DNA of 64,000 nt from Acutalibacteraceae bacterium. Its GTDB lineage: Bacteria > Bacillota > Clostridia > Oscillospirales > Acutalibacteraceae. The stretch is from assembly GCA_045651865.1 (NCBI GenBank), contig JAZRTC010000021.1, forward strand, positions 2,065 to 66,064, written 5' to 3'. The position numbers and the translations under genes are program-made. How positions within the stretch are numbered: the first letter of the stretch is position 1; each line of letters starts with the position of its first letter. Under the pieces are notes generated by a model. The model saw only the letters and a list, made by a program, of their open reading frames with translations, was not told the origin of the DNA and ran no database searches. Below, in pieces: positions 18,065 through 27,650 of this stretch.

Positions 18065-21000
18065 ATGAAGATGAACAAGCTTGTGGCATTGCTCGCGGCG
18101 CTGTGCATTCTGTGCGGTGCGTTGCCTGTGATGGCTTCGGCGGCAGACATCACGCTGACCGATTCGTATGAGGCTCACAAGTACATCGTGGGTGACGCCA
18201 TTACGGGCGTCAACAATAACCGCGGTGAAAACACCCTCATCAAATTTGAGAGCGGGTTTGACTTGCGCAACTCTGATGCCAGCTGGCTGTATGGCTATGA
18301 ATGGTGCAAAAAGCTGTACGATCAGTACGGCAAGGGTTACACCTGCACCAATGCTTACGGCTACGAAGTGGCGGTCAACCAATACGGTATGGTCACCGAA
18401 GTGTCGGCGGCGGGTAATATGAAAATCCCCGAGGGCGGCTATGTGTTGTCGGGTTTTGATGCGTATCATCAGAACCTCAAGAACAATGTTGCTGTCGGTG
18501 ACTACATCATCCTCAGAGACAATGTGTACTATGTGTACCGCACCACCGCTGACTCCAAATTCAGCGGCGACGGTCACAGCAACACGCTCAACATTCCGCG
18601 TTCTTCGGCGATGAAAATCACCGAGGGCGGTAAAGGCGTGCACACCGGCACCAACGAGTGGAACAACGATGTGCTCATCAAAGCAACGGGCACAGGTGCG
18701 GACGGTGTTGCGAACCACGCGGGCTATGTCGTGAAGTTCGGCGGCAACAACATCGAAGTTCCCGAAGGCTATTTTGCGATCAGCTTTGCGGGCCAGACGA
18801 TGCACGATACCGGTGTGTATTCTTACAACGGCTCGTATCTGTTCCAGCAGTATGCTGCCCCGGGCACCATTGTCAACCTCGGCAGCAACGAGATCTATTT
18901 CCGTCATGATGTTGATGCGGCAAAGCGTGCCGCACTCTTGATGGCGGGCAAGACCGATGCGACTGTGACCGAAACCTATGCGTATTCGGCGAATGCGATC
19001 GTGTCTGATGCTTTGACCAACTACGAGCTTGTCGACACCGACCGTATGCAAGAGCTTGCCGATAATATGGCGGCAATTTCTGACGCTGTGCAGTCGATGA
19101 CCACGGTGGAAGAGATGGAGCCGTATATGGCGACTCTCTATCAGAACTATGAAGAGCTTTGTGTTCTTGAGTTTGAGAAGCGCCCCGTGGAAATGCGTGC
19201 GGTGTGGATCCGTCCGCTTCCCAACGACGGCAAAGAGCGCACGGTGGAAGAGCTGGACAAGCTCCTTGAGGATGCGATCCTTGAGCAAAAGGCTCTCGGC
19301 TACAACCAGATTTTCGTCGAGGCGTTCTACAACTCCTGTACGATCTTCCCCGTACCCGAAACGGCGGGCCACAAGGGTCTGTACTACAGCCAGAACCCCT
19401 ATCTTGTTCCGACGAATATGACCTGCGGTTCGGCAGGCCTTTACGGCAAAAACAGCAACCTCACCGAACCCTACGATATGCTGCAGCGTTTTATCGACAT
19501 CTGCCGTGAAAACGGTGTCGAGCCGCACATCTGGTGGGAAGTGTTCTATGTCGGTTACACCCGTACCGACCCCAATGTGAAAGATGCGTTGTTTGAGTAT
19601 TCTGTTGCCAAGCAGATTATAGATTCGCTTAATAATGGTGAGTCGACCTACAACAACTGGATCAATCAGGCGCACACAGGCTCTTATTATTACGGCGCAG
19701 AAACGGACGGCGCTCACCAGTATTTCCTCAGCCCCGCCAGCGACAATGTGCGCACCTTCCTTCTGAATACATTTGCACATATCTTTAAAACCTATGACGC
19801 AGAGAGTTTCCAGCTCGACTACATCCGCTACCCGCACACCACTGCCGAAAAGTGCTTCGGTTACGATGCGGGCACACTGTGGAAGTTCGAGCAGTCCGAT
19901 CTGTATGATCCGAATAAGCACACGGATGCTTACCTCAAGACCTACGAAGGCTTCTACGATGAGGCGTGGGTGCAGTTCCGTGCGAACTTCGTCACCACCT
20001 TCATTGAGCAGGTGCGCGAGAAGATTGCCGAGGTAAATCCGTCTTACTATCTCACCTCGTCGCCCGGCGCCGATCCTGCCGATTCCAAGAAGAACCTGAT
20101 GCAGGATGTGGCATACTGGCTGGAGAATGACCTCATCGATATTCTCTATCCGATGGCATACGGCGAAAATGTCCCCGGCATGGTTGCTCCCGGTCTGGTG
20201 GCAAATAACCCCGATCACTTCGTGTGTGTCGGTGCTTCGGCGGGCTACAACAGCGATGCGTACGAGCAGCGCTGGCTCAAGGAAGTGCGTGACGCGGGCG
20301 CAGACGGCATTGCGAGCTTCGGCACCATCGACAGCTGGAAATCCTACGCATGGAGCGAGGATGCCATCACCCCGACGGGTAATGCTACTAAGGCGGCAAT
20401 GGTCTATTTCAACGATGTGCTTCTGGCGCGTGCCGCACAGATGCTCAAACTCGGCGATATCGACGAGGCGGCTTACAACACTGTCAAAGCGGCAGTGGAA
20501 GATGCCGTGTTTGCGATTCGCGTCTATGGCGTGGAATCCGACGAGGCGCTTGAAGCGATCAACGCCGTGCAGGCGGTTGCTGATACTTTCAGCGGCAATG
20601 TGAACGCGGCGCTGACGAAGGATGTCCACTATATCCTCAAAATCCGCGAAAACTCGCACGATGTGGCGAAGCAGACGAACAAGCTTACATCCTCGGCGGC
20701 GACCCTGACCGTCAACGGTAATAATGTCATCGATGGCGGCGACGGTTTCTCCTATGTGGCGGCAACCGAAACGCTGTATGTGACCGCCAATAACGCGGTG
20801 ATCAGCGGTGATATGCCCGAGACTATCACACTGGTCTTTGCCGATGATGTGACCGAGGCGGAATTCAACGGCGTGACCTTTGCTTCGAGTGGTGCGGCGA
20901 TTGATGCGGCGAATGACCTGACGGTTTACCTCAGCGGCGTTACAAAGCTGAGCGGTGATAAACTGCCGTACATCACCTACATCGGTACCGGCGAGCTGTA

Positions 21001-21208
21001 CAACGGCGATACGCTGGTGATGTGCAAGGGCGATGTGTCGGGTAGCGGCGAACTCGATTCCGACGACCTGCGCAGCCTGCTTAAGTACAATGTCAAGGCG
21101 GAAGATTTCACCGACGAGCAGATTCTCATTGGTGACGCCAACGGCGACGGCAAGGTCAACACGATCGATACCCGTATCTTCCTGGATAAGCTGGTCAATC
21201 AGCTGTAA
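18065..21208 (+). CDS. Secreted GHL10/COG1649-like glycoside-hydrolase-like protein with C-terminal dockerin
   Basis: GGGAGG RBS, a signal peptide, the hallmark MRAVWIRP with a TIM-barrel-like region, and C-terminal duplicated Ca-binding dockerin loops (GDVSGSGELDSDD...GDANGDGKVNTID). Confidence 0.75.
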   Translation: MKMNKLVALLAALCILCGALPVMASAADITLTDSYEAHKYIVGDAITGVNNNRGENTLIKFESGFDLRNSDASWLYGYEWCKKLYDQYGKGYTCTNAYGYEVAVNQYGMVTEVSAAGNMKIPEGGYVLSGFDAYHQNLKNNVAVGDYIILRDNVYYVYRTTADSKFSGDGHSNTLNIPRSSAMKITEGGKGVHTGTNEWNNDVLIKATGTGADGVANHAGYVVKFGGNNIEVPEGYFAISFAGQTMHDTGVYSYNGSYLFQQYAAPGTIVNLGSNEIYFRHDVDAAKRAALLMAGKTDATVTETYAYSANAIVSDALTNYELVDTDRMQELADNMAAISDAVQSMTTVEEMEPYMATLYQNYEELCVLEFEKRPVEMRAVWIRPLPNDGKERTVEELDKLLEDAILEQKALGYNQIFVEAFYNSCTIFPVPETAGHKGLYYSQNPYLVPTNMTCGSAGLYGKNSNLTEPYDMLQRFIDICRENGVEPHIWWEVFYVGYTRTDPNVKDALFEYSVAKQIIDSLNNGESTYNNWINQAHTGSYYYGAETDGAHQYFLSPASDNVRTFLLNTFAHIFKTYDAESFQLDYIRYPHTTAEKCFGYDAGTLWKFEQSDLYDPNKHTDAYLKTYEGFYDEAWVQFRANFVTTFIEQVREKIAEVNPSYYLTSSPGADPADSKKNLMQDVAYWLENDLIDILYPMAYGENVPGMVAPGLVANNPDHFVCVGASAGYNSDAYEQRWLKEVRDAGADGIASFGTIDSWKSYAWSEDAITPTGNATKAAMVYFNDVLLARAAQMLKLGDIDEAAYNTVKAAVEDAVFAIRVYGVESDEALEAINAVQAVADTFSGNVNAALTKDVHYILKIRENSHDVAKQTNKLTSSAATLTVNGNNVIDGGDGFSYVAATETLYVTANNAVISGDMPETITLVFADDVTEAEFNGVTFASSGAAIDAANDLTVYLSGVTKLSGDKLPYITYIGTGELYNGDTLVMCKGDVSGSGELDSDDLRSLLKYNVKAEDFTDEQILIGDANGDGKVNTIDTRIFLDKLVNQL

Positions 21209-21220
21209 TTCTCAATAATA

Positions 21221-21258
21221 AAAGCGGTGTGATTCCTTGCGAATCACACCGCTTTTTA
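21221..21258. terminator. Bidirectional rho-independent terminator
   Basis: Stem AAGCGGTGTGATTC / GAATCACACCGCTT followed by TTTTT. Confidence 0.8.
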
Positions 21259-21260
21259 TA

Positions 21261-21434
21261 TTATTGTTTGCGTGCAATGGCGTATTCATCACCGTTGCGG
21301 TAGTAAGGACACTCTTTGGTGTGACCGCTTAAGAATCGCACCATCTCATCTTCGTCCAGATCCATCTCGCATACATACCAGTCCTCATATTCATCGTAGG
21401 TATAATATGCACAATAGTCACATTGCGATGCCAC
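21261..21434 (-). CDS. Small Cys-containing acidic protein, unknown function
   Basis: Likely GTG start at 21434 after GGAAGGAG. Translates to VASQCDYCAYYTYDEYEDWYVCEMDLDEDEMVRFLSGHTKECPYYRNGDEY. Confidence 0.45.
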   Translation of the reverse strand: MASQCDYCAYYTYDEYEDWYVCEMDLDEDEMVRFLSGHTKECPYYRNGDEYAIARKQ

Positions 21435-21439
21435 GGCGC

Positions 21440-21922
21440 TCACTCCTTCCTTAAAAACATACGGTAAGTGTCGATCTCGGCAGTTTCTTCTTCCAGAAAC
21501 GCACGGCATTCGGGATCGTTTGCAAGGAGCTTACCGACTCGCTTGACCGCTTTGAAAAACCGTTTGTCAAAGACGATCTCGTCGCTGTGGGTGAGAAGCG
21601 GACAAAGACGGTATGCGCGGTCATCCGTCTCCACAAAGATGCGACCGTTGTCGTTGATCGTGGGGAAGAACGGGAAGATCCGACAGCTGAGTGGTCGGGT
21701 TTCGCGGTCGCAACTGCCGTTGCATACAGCCAGTCGCACACCGTTTTCTTCGATAACGGGCAGAACACTTTGCTCATGCGGGAAAAGCCGCATCCCCGTG
21801 CGTTCATCGCCTTTACAGCATGCACCGCCGCACAGCACCCCGCAATCCACGCGAAGCGGCGTGAGGGTTTTCATAATAGCGTTGATTTTTTGATACAGCG
21901 CAGTGTAGTCCGTTTGTTGCAT
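21440..21922 (-). CDS. YkgJ-family Cys-cluster (CxxCxxCC) protein
   Basis: Start at M4 after an AGAGGTGA RBS. Motif VDCGVLCGGACCKGD plus downstream conserved Cys (CRIFPFFP). Confidence 0.65.
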   Translation of the reverse strand: MQQTDYTALYQKINAIMKTLTPLRVDCGVLCGGACCKGDERTGMRLFPHEQSVLPVIEENGVRLAVCNGSCDRETRPLSCRIFPFFPTINDNGRIFVETDDRAYRLCPLLTHSDEIVFDKRFFKAVKRVGKLLANDPECRAFLEEETAEIDTYRMFLRKE

Positions 21923-22096
21923 CCCACTCACCTCTTGTGAGTAGTATACACCATATATTACTCGGCTGTCAAATGCAAAAGAGGTTATGAATACGCACCA
22001 ACTTAGCGAAGGGGGCGGCGATCTCGACGCTTCACGGGAGCAGCCAAAATCGGCGCACCGGCATATACTGATAAAAGCAACTTGTAAGGAGTGAGG

Positions 22097-22579
22097 GTGT
22101 TGTATAAACGAACAAAATCACCGCGGTTGCCCGATGCGGTCGCGGTGTTGAACGGAGCGGGGGCAAACAGTGCCGTTCACGGTGTGGTGCGGTTCTTTCA
22201 AAGAAACAACGGTGTTTTGGTGGAGGTGACTTTTGAGGGATTGCCGCGAAAGGCAGGGCAATGCGATCAACCGATTTTCGGTTTCCACATTCATGGCGGC
22301 ACATCCTGCACAGGTAACACATCGGATATGTTCGCTGATGCGGGTACGCATTATAACCCGTATATGTGCGAGCATCCGTATCACGCAGGTGATCTGCCGC
22401 CAATTTTCGGTGTCAATGGAAAAGCGTATATGTCATTCCTGACTGACCGTTTCACCGTGCGGGATGTGCTCGGCAAAACGATCATCCTGCACGACAAACC
22501 CGACGATTTCACCACCCAGCCGAGCGGCAACGCCGGCAACAAAATCGCCTGCGGCATCATCGGCCCTGTCAGACGATAA
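22097..22579 (+). CDS. sodC: Cu/Zn superoxide dismutase family protein with no signal peptide (copy 1)
   Basis: Metal-ligand pattern FGFHIHGG, THYNP, HPYHAGDLP, ILHDKPDD, plus NAGNKIACGII. Likely GTG start 5 nt after GGAG. Confidence 0.8.
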   Translation: MLYKRTKSPRLPDAVAVLNGAGANSAVHGVVRFFQRNNGVLVEVTFEGLPRKAGQCDQPIFGFHIHGGTSCTGNTSDMFADAGTHYNPYMCEHPYHAGDLPPIFGVNGKAYMSFLTDRFTVRDVLGKTIILHDKPDDFTTQPSGNAGNKIACGIIGPVRR

Positions 22580-22584
22580 TACAG

Positions 22585-22619
22585 AAAACAGCCGTGGGAT
22601 TGTTCCCACGGCTGTTTTA
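22585..22619. terminator. Terminator shared by sodC-1 and the convergent gene
   Basis: Stem ACAGCCGTGGGA / TCCCACGGCTGT followed by TTTT. Confidence 0.8.
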
Positions 22620-23405
22620 TCATAGTCGTTGTTCGATATAACTGTCGGTGTGTAGACCTTGCTTACAGGCAGTTGTATACAACTCGCGCGCTCGCTTCAC
22701 ATCGCCACTGTCGATCAAGGCATTGATGGCATTGTTGATGCCGATCTGCGCTTGCGTTCGGCGTGAGCGATGACAGTTTATTGCATCCCATTCTCCAAGG
22801 GCATAGATCGGTTCTTCATCGCGAGAACTAAGATCGGCAAAAAACGGTTTACAGCAAGTGAACAGATCCTGCTCCGCTTCGCCGAAATGCTTCACGCAAA
22901 GTGCTGTGTAGATCAAACGGTAAAATGCTGTCGATGGAGAGTGGTGTGCCTGTTCGAGAAAAGATGAAAAACGATCCTTCACCCATATTGCGCGGTCAGG
23001 ATCATACGGCATTTTCGAGCTTTTATAAAACGCCGCACGGTGTACTTCAAATAACGCCGCTTCACACGCAAGGTTATAGTTTGCGGTCGCCTCTTCATAA
23101 ATGTCCCACCAAAAGTCGTCATAACCACCGACTTCCAGGGTGAGTCGCTGTGTGCTGTCGCACACAAGCCATAAGCGGTACATCGGCGGCATTGTTTGCA
23201 GATGTGCTTCAAAGCGGCGGTGATTTTTATAAAGCATATCCGCCTCTCGCCGAATAGCATACACATCCGACAGATTCCATAGGAGACATCCCCGAACGAA
23301 CGCATCTTCCTCGCGGAGCAACAGTTCCCGACAATACATTTTAAGCGACGGAAGATCCCCGCCTTGTTGCAATGTGCGTATTTGGTGGCGTATGGCATTT
23401 GTCAT
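22620..23405 (-). CDS. Hypothetical helical protein
   Basis: 261-aa ORF with no motif I recognise. Confidence 0.5.
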   Translation of the reverse strand: MTNAIRHQIRTLQQGGDLPSLKMYCRELLLREEDAFVRGCLLWNLSDVYAIRREADMLYKNHRRFEAHLQTMPPMYRLWLVCDSTQRLTLEVGGYDDFWWDIYEEATANYNLACEAALFEVHRAAFYKSSKMPYDPDRAIWVKDRFSSFLEQAHHSPSTAFYRLIYTALCVKHFGEAEQDLFTCCKPFFADLSSRDEEPIYALGEWDAINCHRSRRTQAQIGINNAINALIDSGDVKRARELYTTACKQGLHTDSYIEQRL

Positions 23406-23437
23406 ATTTTTACCCTTTCTTACTCGTCATTGTTATA

Positions 23438-24352
23438 TCACAACTTTTGACACTCTACCACATACCATTTTTCAAACGGTACATAATCGATTTTTACGAA
23501 TCCTCTTTCGGTGACAAGCGTGTTCAACTGCTCAAAATCGGTATACAATCGAGCGTTGCGCATCAGCGCGACAGCTTCCTGCTCGTCAATATCGTATTTC
23601 TCAAAGATGGCGTGACGGCGAAACCATGCGTTATGCCGAGCAACCAAAACGAACTTGCCGCCTCTTTTCAAAACGCGTGCGGCTTCATCGAGGATAGTCG
23701 GGATTTCACGGCATTCATCCAACCCAAAATGCGAACATACCACATCGAACATTCCGTCAGCAAACGGCAAATGCCAAAGGGAAGCACCTATACCAAGTAC
23801 ATGCTTATTGTAATAACGACCGATGACATCGGCATTTTTCGCGCAGATGAAATCAATATCCACGCCGACATAATACATATCCTCTGTCATGGAACGCACA
23901 ACGGCATTGGTTCCCACACCTGCTCCAACGGTCATTTCCATAATATAATGCGGTTTAGCAGTAACAGCACACACTTTTTCGGCGTAATGCGGCAGATGCT
24001 GTGATGCCCAACCGAGCCTTGCTTTTTCTGCCGCAGACACCCGCTCCACACCGTTTTCATCCGATGCAAAGCGGTATGATTGCAATAAGTCTTCTTCCGT
24101 CAATTCATTGATCAGCTTATGATGACCGTTAACCCAATGCGGTTTGCCGAGAAGCGCATACCGCTCAAACCGCCTAACAAAATCTTCTTTTGTTGGGATG
24201 GTACGGCGATAAAACGCATCCCGCTCTTGACACCATTGTTCATACTCCAAAGGATTTTTACAATCATATTTTCGATCAAGGTCACAAATAAATTGTGCAA
24301 ATGGTTCATAATCCTCCCAATACAAAACATCATCCCATTCATTGCCAACCAT
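23438..24352 (-). CDS. Class I SAM-dependent methyltransferase with N-terminal extension
   Basis: Start taken at M18. Motif I-like EMTVGAGVGTN, with post-I VGVDID and RGGKFVLV. Confidence 0.6.
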   Translation of the reverse strand: MVGNEWDDVLYWEDYEPFAQFICDLDRKYDCKNPLEYEQWCQERDAFYRRTIPTKEDFVRRFERYALLGKPHWVNGHHKLINELTEEDLLQSYRFASDENGVERVSAAEKARLGWASQHLPHYAEKVCAVTAKPHYIMEMTVGAGVGTNAVVRSMTEDMYYVGVDIDFICAKNADVIGRYYNKHVLGIGASLWHLPFADGMFDVVCSHFGLDECREIPTILDEAARVLKRGGKFVLVARHNAWFRRHAIFEKYDIDEQEAVALMRNARLYTDFEQLNTLVTERGFVKIDYVPFEKWYVVECQKL

Positions 24353-24505
24353 ACACCACACCTCCAATGTAATACTTTCAACCAAAGCATAGCAAACACA
24401 CACGGAAAGAACAAGTCTTGTTCTTTTGGGCGAGATATGGTATAATAGATACAGAGAGAACCCGCCGTGGGAGCAATCCCATGGCGGGTTTTCTGCAGAG
24501 TTGTC

Positions 24506-24907
24506 TCAATCGGCTGTCAAATGCAACAAATGCGCGATGCCGGGGATGCTCTCGCCTTGCTTGGAGGAGGTGGTGGACATCAGGGCTCCTGTTGCCATAA
24601 ACAACACATTTTTCAGTTCGCCGCGTTCCAGTGCGGGCAGGACATACCCGCACAGTACGGATGCCGCACAGCCGCAACCCGAGCCGCCTGCGTGTACATC
24701 CTGCTTCTCGCGGTCAAAGATCATCAAACCGCAATCGTTGTAGTTGTCCCCCAGGACAATGCCCTTGCGCGCAAGCAGATCGTGAAGCATCCGTGACCCG
24801 CATACCGCCAGATCTCCCGTCAGAATGAGATCATAGTCCGACGGTTTGGTGTCGGTGTCATCCAGAAACCGCTCCAGAGTATCCGCCGCAGCAGGTGTAG
24901 ATGTCAA
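24506..24907 (-). pseudogene. spoVAD: C-terminal remnant of stage V sporulation protein AD
   Basis: The 133 aa match only the SpoVAD C-terminus (DYDLILTGDL, NDCGLMIF, AGGSGCGCAASV, ATGALMS...ESIPGIAH). There is no ATG; the frame opens at a TTG exactly where composition switches to AT-rich DNA. Confidence 0.75.
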
Positions 24908-24947
24908 GTAAACACCATAAAAAATTTTTTAATGAAATAAATGCGGT

Positions 24948-25832
24948 TTAACTTTCGGGCACAACGACATCTTCAGATGTGGAAAGGAAATCGAAAAAGG
25001 ATGAATTATATTCCGAACGCATTTGCTGAATATAGCTTTCAAAATCATCAGTTAAACAAAGTTCGTTCAATGTTTTCTTTTCTTCTGTTGTCAATAGCCT
25101 ATACATTCTTTTTCTCAAATCAAGGTAATCTTTAATCGTTCTCGCAGTATATAAGCGTGCGATAAAGAGTGAAATTGTCAGAAGATGAATAACATTAATA
25201 AAAGTATTATACATAAAATTATTATTAACAGAATTATTCCCTAACCCCATGGAATATCCGTGCGTGCTGTTGGATAACAAATTAAATATGGCCGATTCAG
25301 TGTTCTTATCTAGTATGTTTGGGGATTGCATGCGAAATGCTGGTTTGCGGCCGGATTGTATTTGTGCTTGCTCGTTAGTTGAAAGATTTACAAAAGCAGG
25401 AAGAGAATACAAGTCTCTTTCTGAACCTACTCTAGAGACGCATAACAAGTGGGATCGATCACAATCGTTGGAAAAATTTAGCTTTTGCACAATGTCAACG
25501 ATGTTGTGATTTCCGTTAATATAAAGTGTAAGATAGCGCAGTTTCTTTTCATCCTCGCTTAAGCCATGTTCAGCAATATGGAAATACAGATTTGTAATAT
25601 CTATGATGTTTCGAGCAGCGCTTGCGATTAAAGAAACATCTAATTCTTTGATGCGGTTTCGATTTCCTTCCATTAAAACCATTATCGAGCGAAGATGTAA
25701 TACTGCTTTTTCTACCATTTTTTCTAGCAATGCGGTTCGTTCATTCTTAGCAAAAGGAATACCATCAATCAAAGTGAGTTTTTTGGCTATATTATATAGT
25801 GTGACAAGTTGCTGATATGCCGTCCGTGTCAT
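24948..25832 (-). CDS. Hypothetical protein (AT-rich orphan)
   Basis: 294-aa ORF, markedly AT-richer than its flanks, with no recognisable motif. Confidence 0.55.
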   Translation of the reverse strand: MTRTAYQQLVTLYNIAKKLTLIDGIPFAKNERTALLEKMVEKAVLHLRSIMVLMEGNRNRIKELDVSLIASAARNIIDITNLYFHIAEHGLSEDEKKLRYLTLYINGNHNIVDIVQKLNFSNDCDRSHLLCVSRVGSERDLYSLPAFVNLSTNEQAQIQSGRKPAFRMQSPNILDKNTESAIFNLLSNSTHGYSMGLGNNSVNNNFMYNTFINVIHLLTISLFIARLYTARTIKDYLDLRKRMYRLLTTEEKKTLNELCLTDDFESYIQQMRSEYNSSFFDFLSTSEDVVVPES

Positions 25833-25900
25833 GATTTTCTCCTATATATTTTGATAGTTGCACTAGTGTAAATATTCAATCGTATTCATAAACAGCATCT

Positions 25901-26473
25901 CTATTTTATAACGATCACTTCATCATCAGATAGCACATATACAGGGTGACTGCTTTTGCTTTTCAACTTTGTATATAGTTCTTCCCGCTCGGAAATGTAA
26001 TGACAGATCAACACACCGTCGAACAAACCAAGCCCGCTGTAATCTGTCATACCGTTAGGCACATCATCATACGCCGTGACATGAGCAATATCTTTGGATG
26101 CGATGTGCGCACCGGCACTACCGCCGATATAGGTAACACCATTTCGAATATAGCGGATAATATCTTTATCAAACGCGGCATCTCGCAATTTTTGCAGGGT
26201 GGCAAATGTGTTGCCGCCGCTGATATAGATCAGATCAATATCGAGGTCGCGAAACTCATCGGGGCAGGTGTGGTCAAACACCGTCACGGTGTCCGCACAA
26301 AATCCGAATTCTTCCAACCGCCGATGATATTTGCCGCTGACAATACTTTCGTGCGTTGCTTTTTCATTGGGAATAAACAGCACACGGCAATCGCCGATGG
26401 CTTTCGGTAAGTTTTCAATGATAATACGTTTTGCATTGTCGTTGCGAAAATCGCATGATGAGAGGATGAGCAT
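25901..26473 (-). CDS. Peptidase S51 (dipeptidase E-like)
   Basis: Start at M35 (MLILSS...). LIYISGGNTFATLQKL and YIGGSAGAHI fit the S51 nucleophile region. Confidence 0.65.
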   Translation of the reverse strand: MLILSSCDFRNDNAKRIIIENLPKAIGDCRVLFIPNEKATHESIVSGKYHRRLEEFGFCADTVTVFDHTCPDEFRDLDIDLIYISGGNTFATLQKLRDAAFDKDIIRYIRNGVTYIGGSAGAHIASKDIAHVTAYDDVPNGMTDYSGLGLFDGVLICHYISEREELYTKLKSKSSHPVYVLSDDEVIVIK

Positions 26474-26477
26474 AAAA

Positions 26478-26945
26478 TCACTTCGCTTTGTATGTATAGT
26501 ACCATATATCGCCATCGGGGTGGGTGTGGTCGAAACGGAATCCCGCTTTTTCAAACGCTTTTTGCGAGGGCACATTGCTCGGGTAAATACACGCTTCGGC
26601 GCGGTTGATGGTGCAACCGAGAATGTCCTTGCCGTTTTCGATCAGTTCGTGAATCACCGCCGTGCCGATCCCTTGTCCGCGTTTTGCGGGATCGATCAGC
26701 AGTTCGGCAAAACAGAACACATCCTCCGCAAAACTCAAGACCACAACACCGACGGGGCAATCCTTCTCACAGATGATTTTCACCCAATAATTTTCACTGA
26801 GAACCGTATCGGGCTCATGTGTCCAGTAATCATAAAACGACGCAAAACCATCTTCAAATCCGGTAAAGTAGGCGCCGTCGTCATCCAGCCACGAGTCGAT
26901 CACCGTTTCCATTTCGGGCGTATAGTCCATATAGCGATAGATCAT
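26478..26945 (-). CDS. GNAT family N-acetyltransferase
   Basis: Acetyl-CoA motif A (RGQGIGTAVIHELIENG). Start at M14. Confidence 0.7.
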   Translation of the reverse strand: MIYRYMDYTPEMETVIDSWLDDDGAYFTGFEDGFASFYDYWTHEPDTVLSENYWVKIICEKDCPVGVVVLSFAEDVFCFAELLIDPAKRGQGIGTAVIHELIENGKDILGCTINRAEACIYPSNVPSQKAFEKAGFRFDHTHPDGDIWYYTYKAK

Positions 26946-26961
26946 AGTTTTTAAAGTTCCT

Positions 26962-27270
26962 TTACTTGTTTTGTTCGAACTCAATTCCTGTGTTATATTT
27001 CGCGTTGTTGATTGCTTCTTTATCCTTGATCACGGCTTCAAGGTCGATGTCGTAACAGTTAGCCAAAGCAATCGCGTAATAGATCACATCCCACAGTTCT
27101 TCGTCGATCGTACCTTTGAGCGGTGCACCGTCCGTACGCACATGATGTTTACGCAAAGCCTCTGCAAGCTCGCCGACTTCTTCGGACAGCTTGAGGAAAT
27201 ACTCCTTAGCTTGCTCGGGGTGATGATCCTTGGAGCGAATATAGGATTGTAAATACTGAATACTGGTCAT
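26962..27270 (-). CDS. MazG-like nucleotide pyrophosphohydrolase
   Basis: LKLSEEVGELAEAL ... EELWDVIYYAIALA (EExxE/D MazG helices). Start at M23. Confidence 0.7.
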   Translation of the reverse strand: MTSIQYLQSYIRSKDHHPEQAKEYFLKLSEEVGELAEALRKHHVRTDGAPLKGTIDEELWDVIYYAIALANCYDIDLEAVIKDKEAINNAKYNTGIEFEQNK

Positions 27271-27280
27271 TAGTGATACC

Positions 27281-27646
27281 TCATTCTTCTGTAACAACAT
27301 AACTATCGTAATACTGCTCTTGAAAACGCACCGCATCGGTGATCTCTTCTTGTGTGAAATTCATTCCGGCGGGAGCGGCAACAAGCTTATCTTCCACATC
27401 ATTACTCCGATACACAATGCCAATGATGCGAGCAGTATATGTTTCTTGTGGCGTATCTACACCAAGCAAATACACATCCAATTCTTCGTCGTCACCGCCG
27501 AGCACACCGGGAATATAGCCGTAATTGATCGGGTAAATTAAATCGGGATGCTTCGGATGCACTGTCCCGATCGGACGGTCAATTTCGATGGTGACGAGTT
27601 TGCCTAAATACGATGTTACCAACTTGTTGCGTTCTTCTTGCGTCAT
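27281..27646 (-). CDS. Inorganic pyrophosphatase-family protein
   Basis: YPINYGYIPGVLGGDDEELDVYLL matches the PPase core motif. Confidence 0.6.
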   Translation of the reverse strand: MTQEERNKLVTSYLGKLVTIEIDRPIGTVHPKHPDLIYPINYGYIPGVLGGDDEELDVYLLGVDTPQETYTARIIGIVYRSNDVEDKLVAAPAGMNFTQEEITDAVRFQEQYYDSYVVTEE

Positions 27647-27650
27647 AGTG

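Larger units (their letters stand above)
22060..22619 (+). repeat. sodC cassette, copy 1 (direct repeat of 30873..31433)
   Basis: Leader, full ORF and terminator all align with copy 2. The ends are near-identical and the centre has diverged. Confidence 0.85.

Noticed and set aside
18032-20659. 875-aa ORF on the minus strand.
   Set aside because: It is the antisense shadow of the GHL10-dockerin gene. It has no RBS, is rich in Arg/His/Val, and has no motifs.
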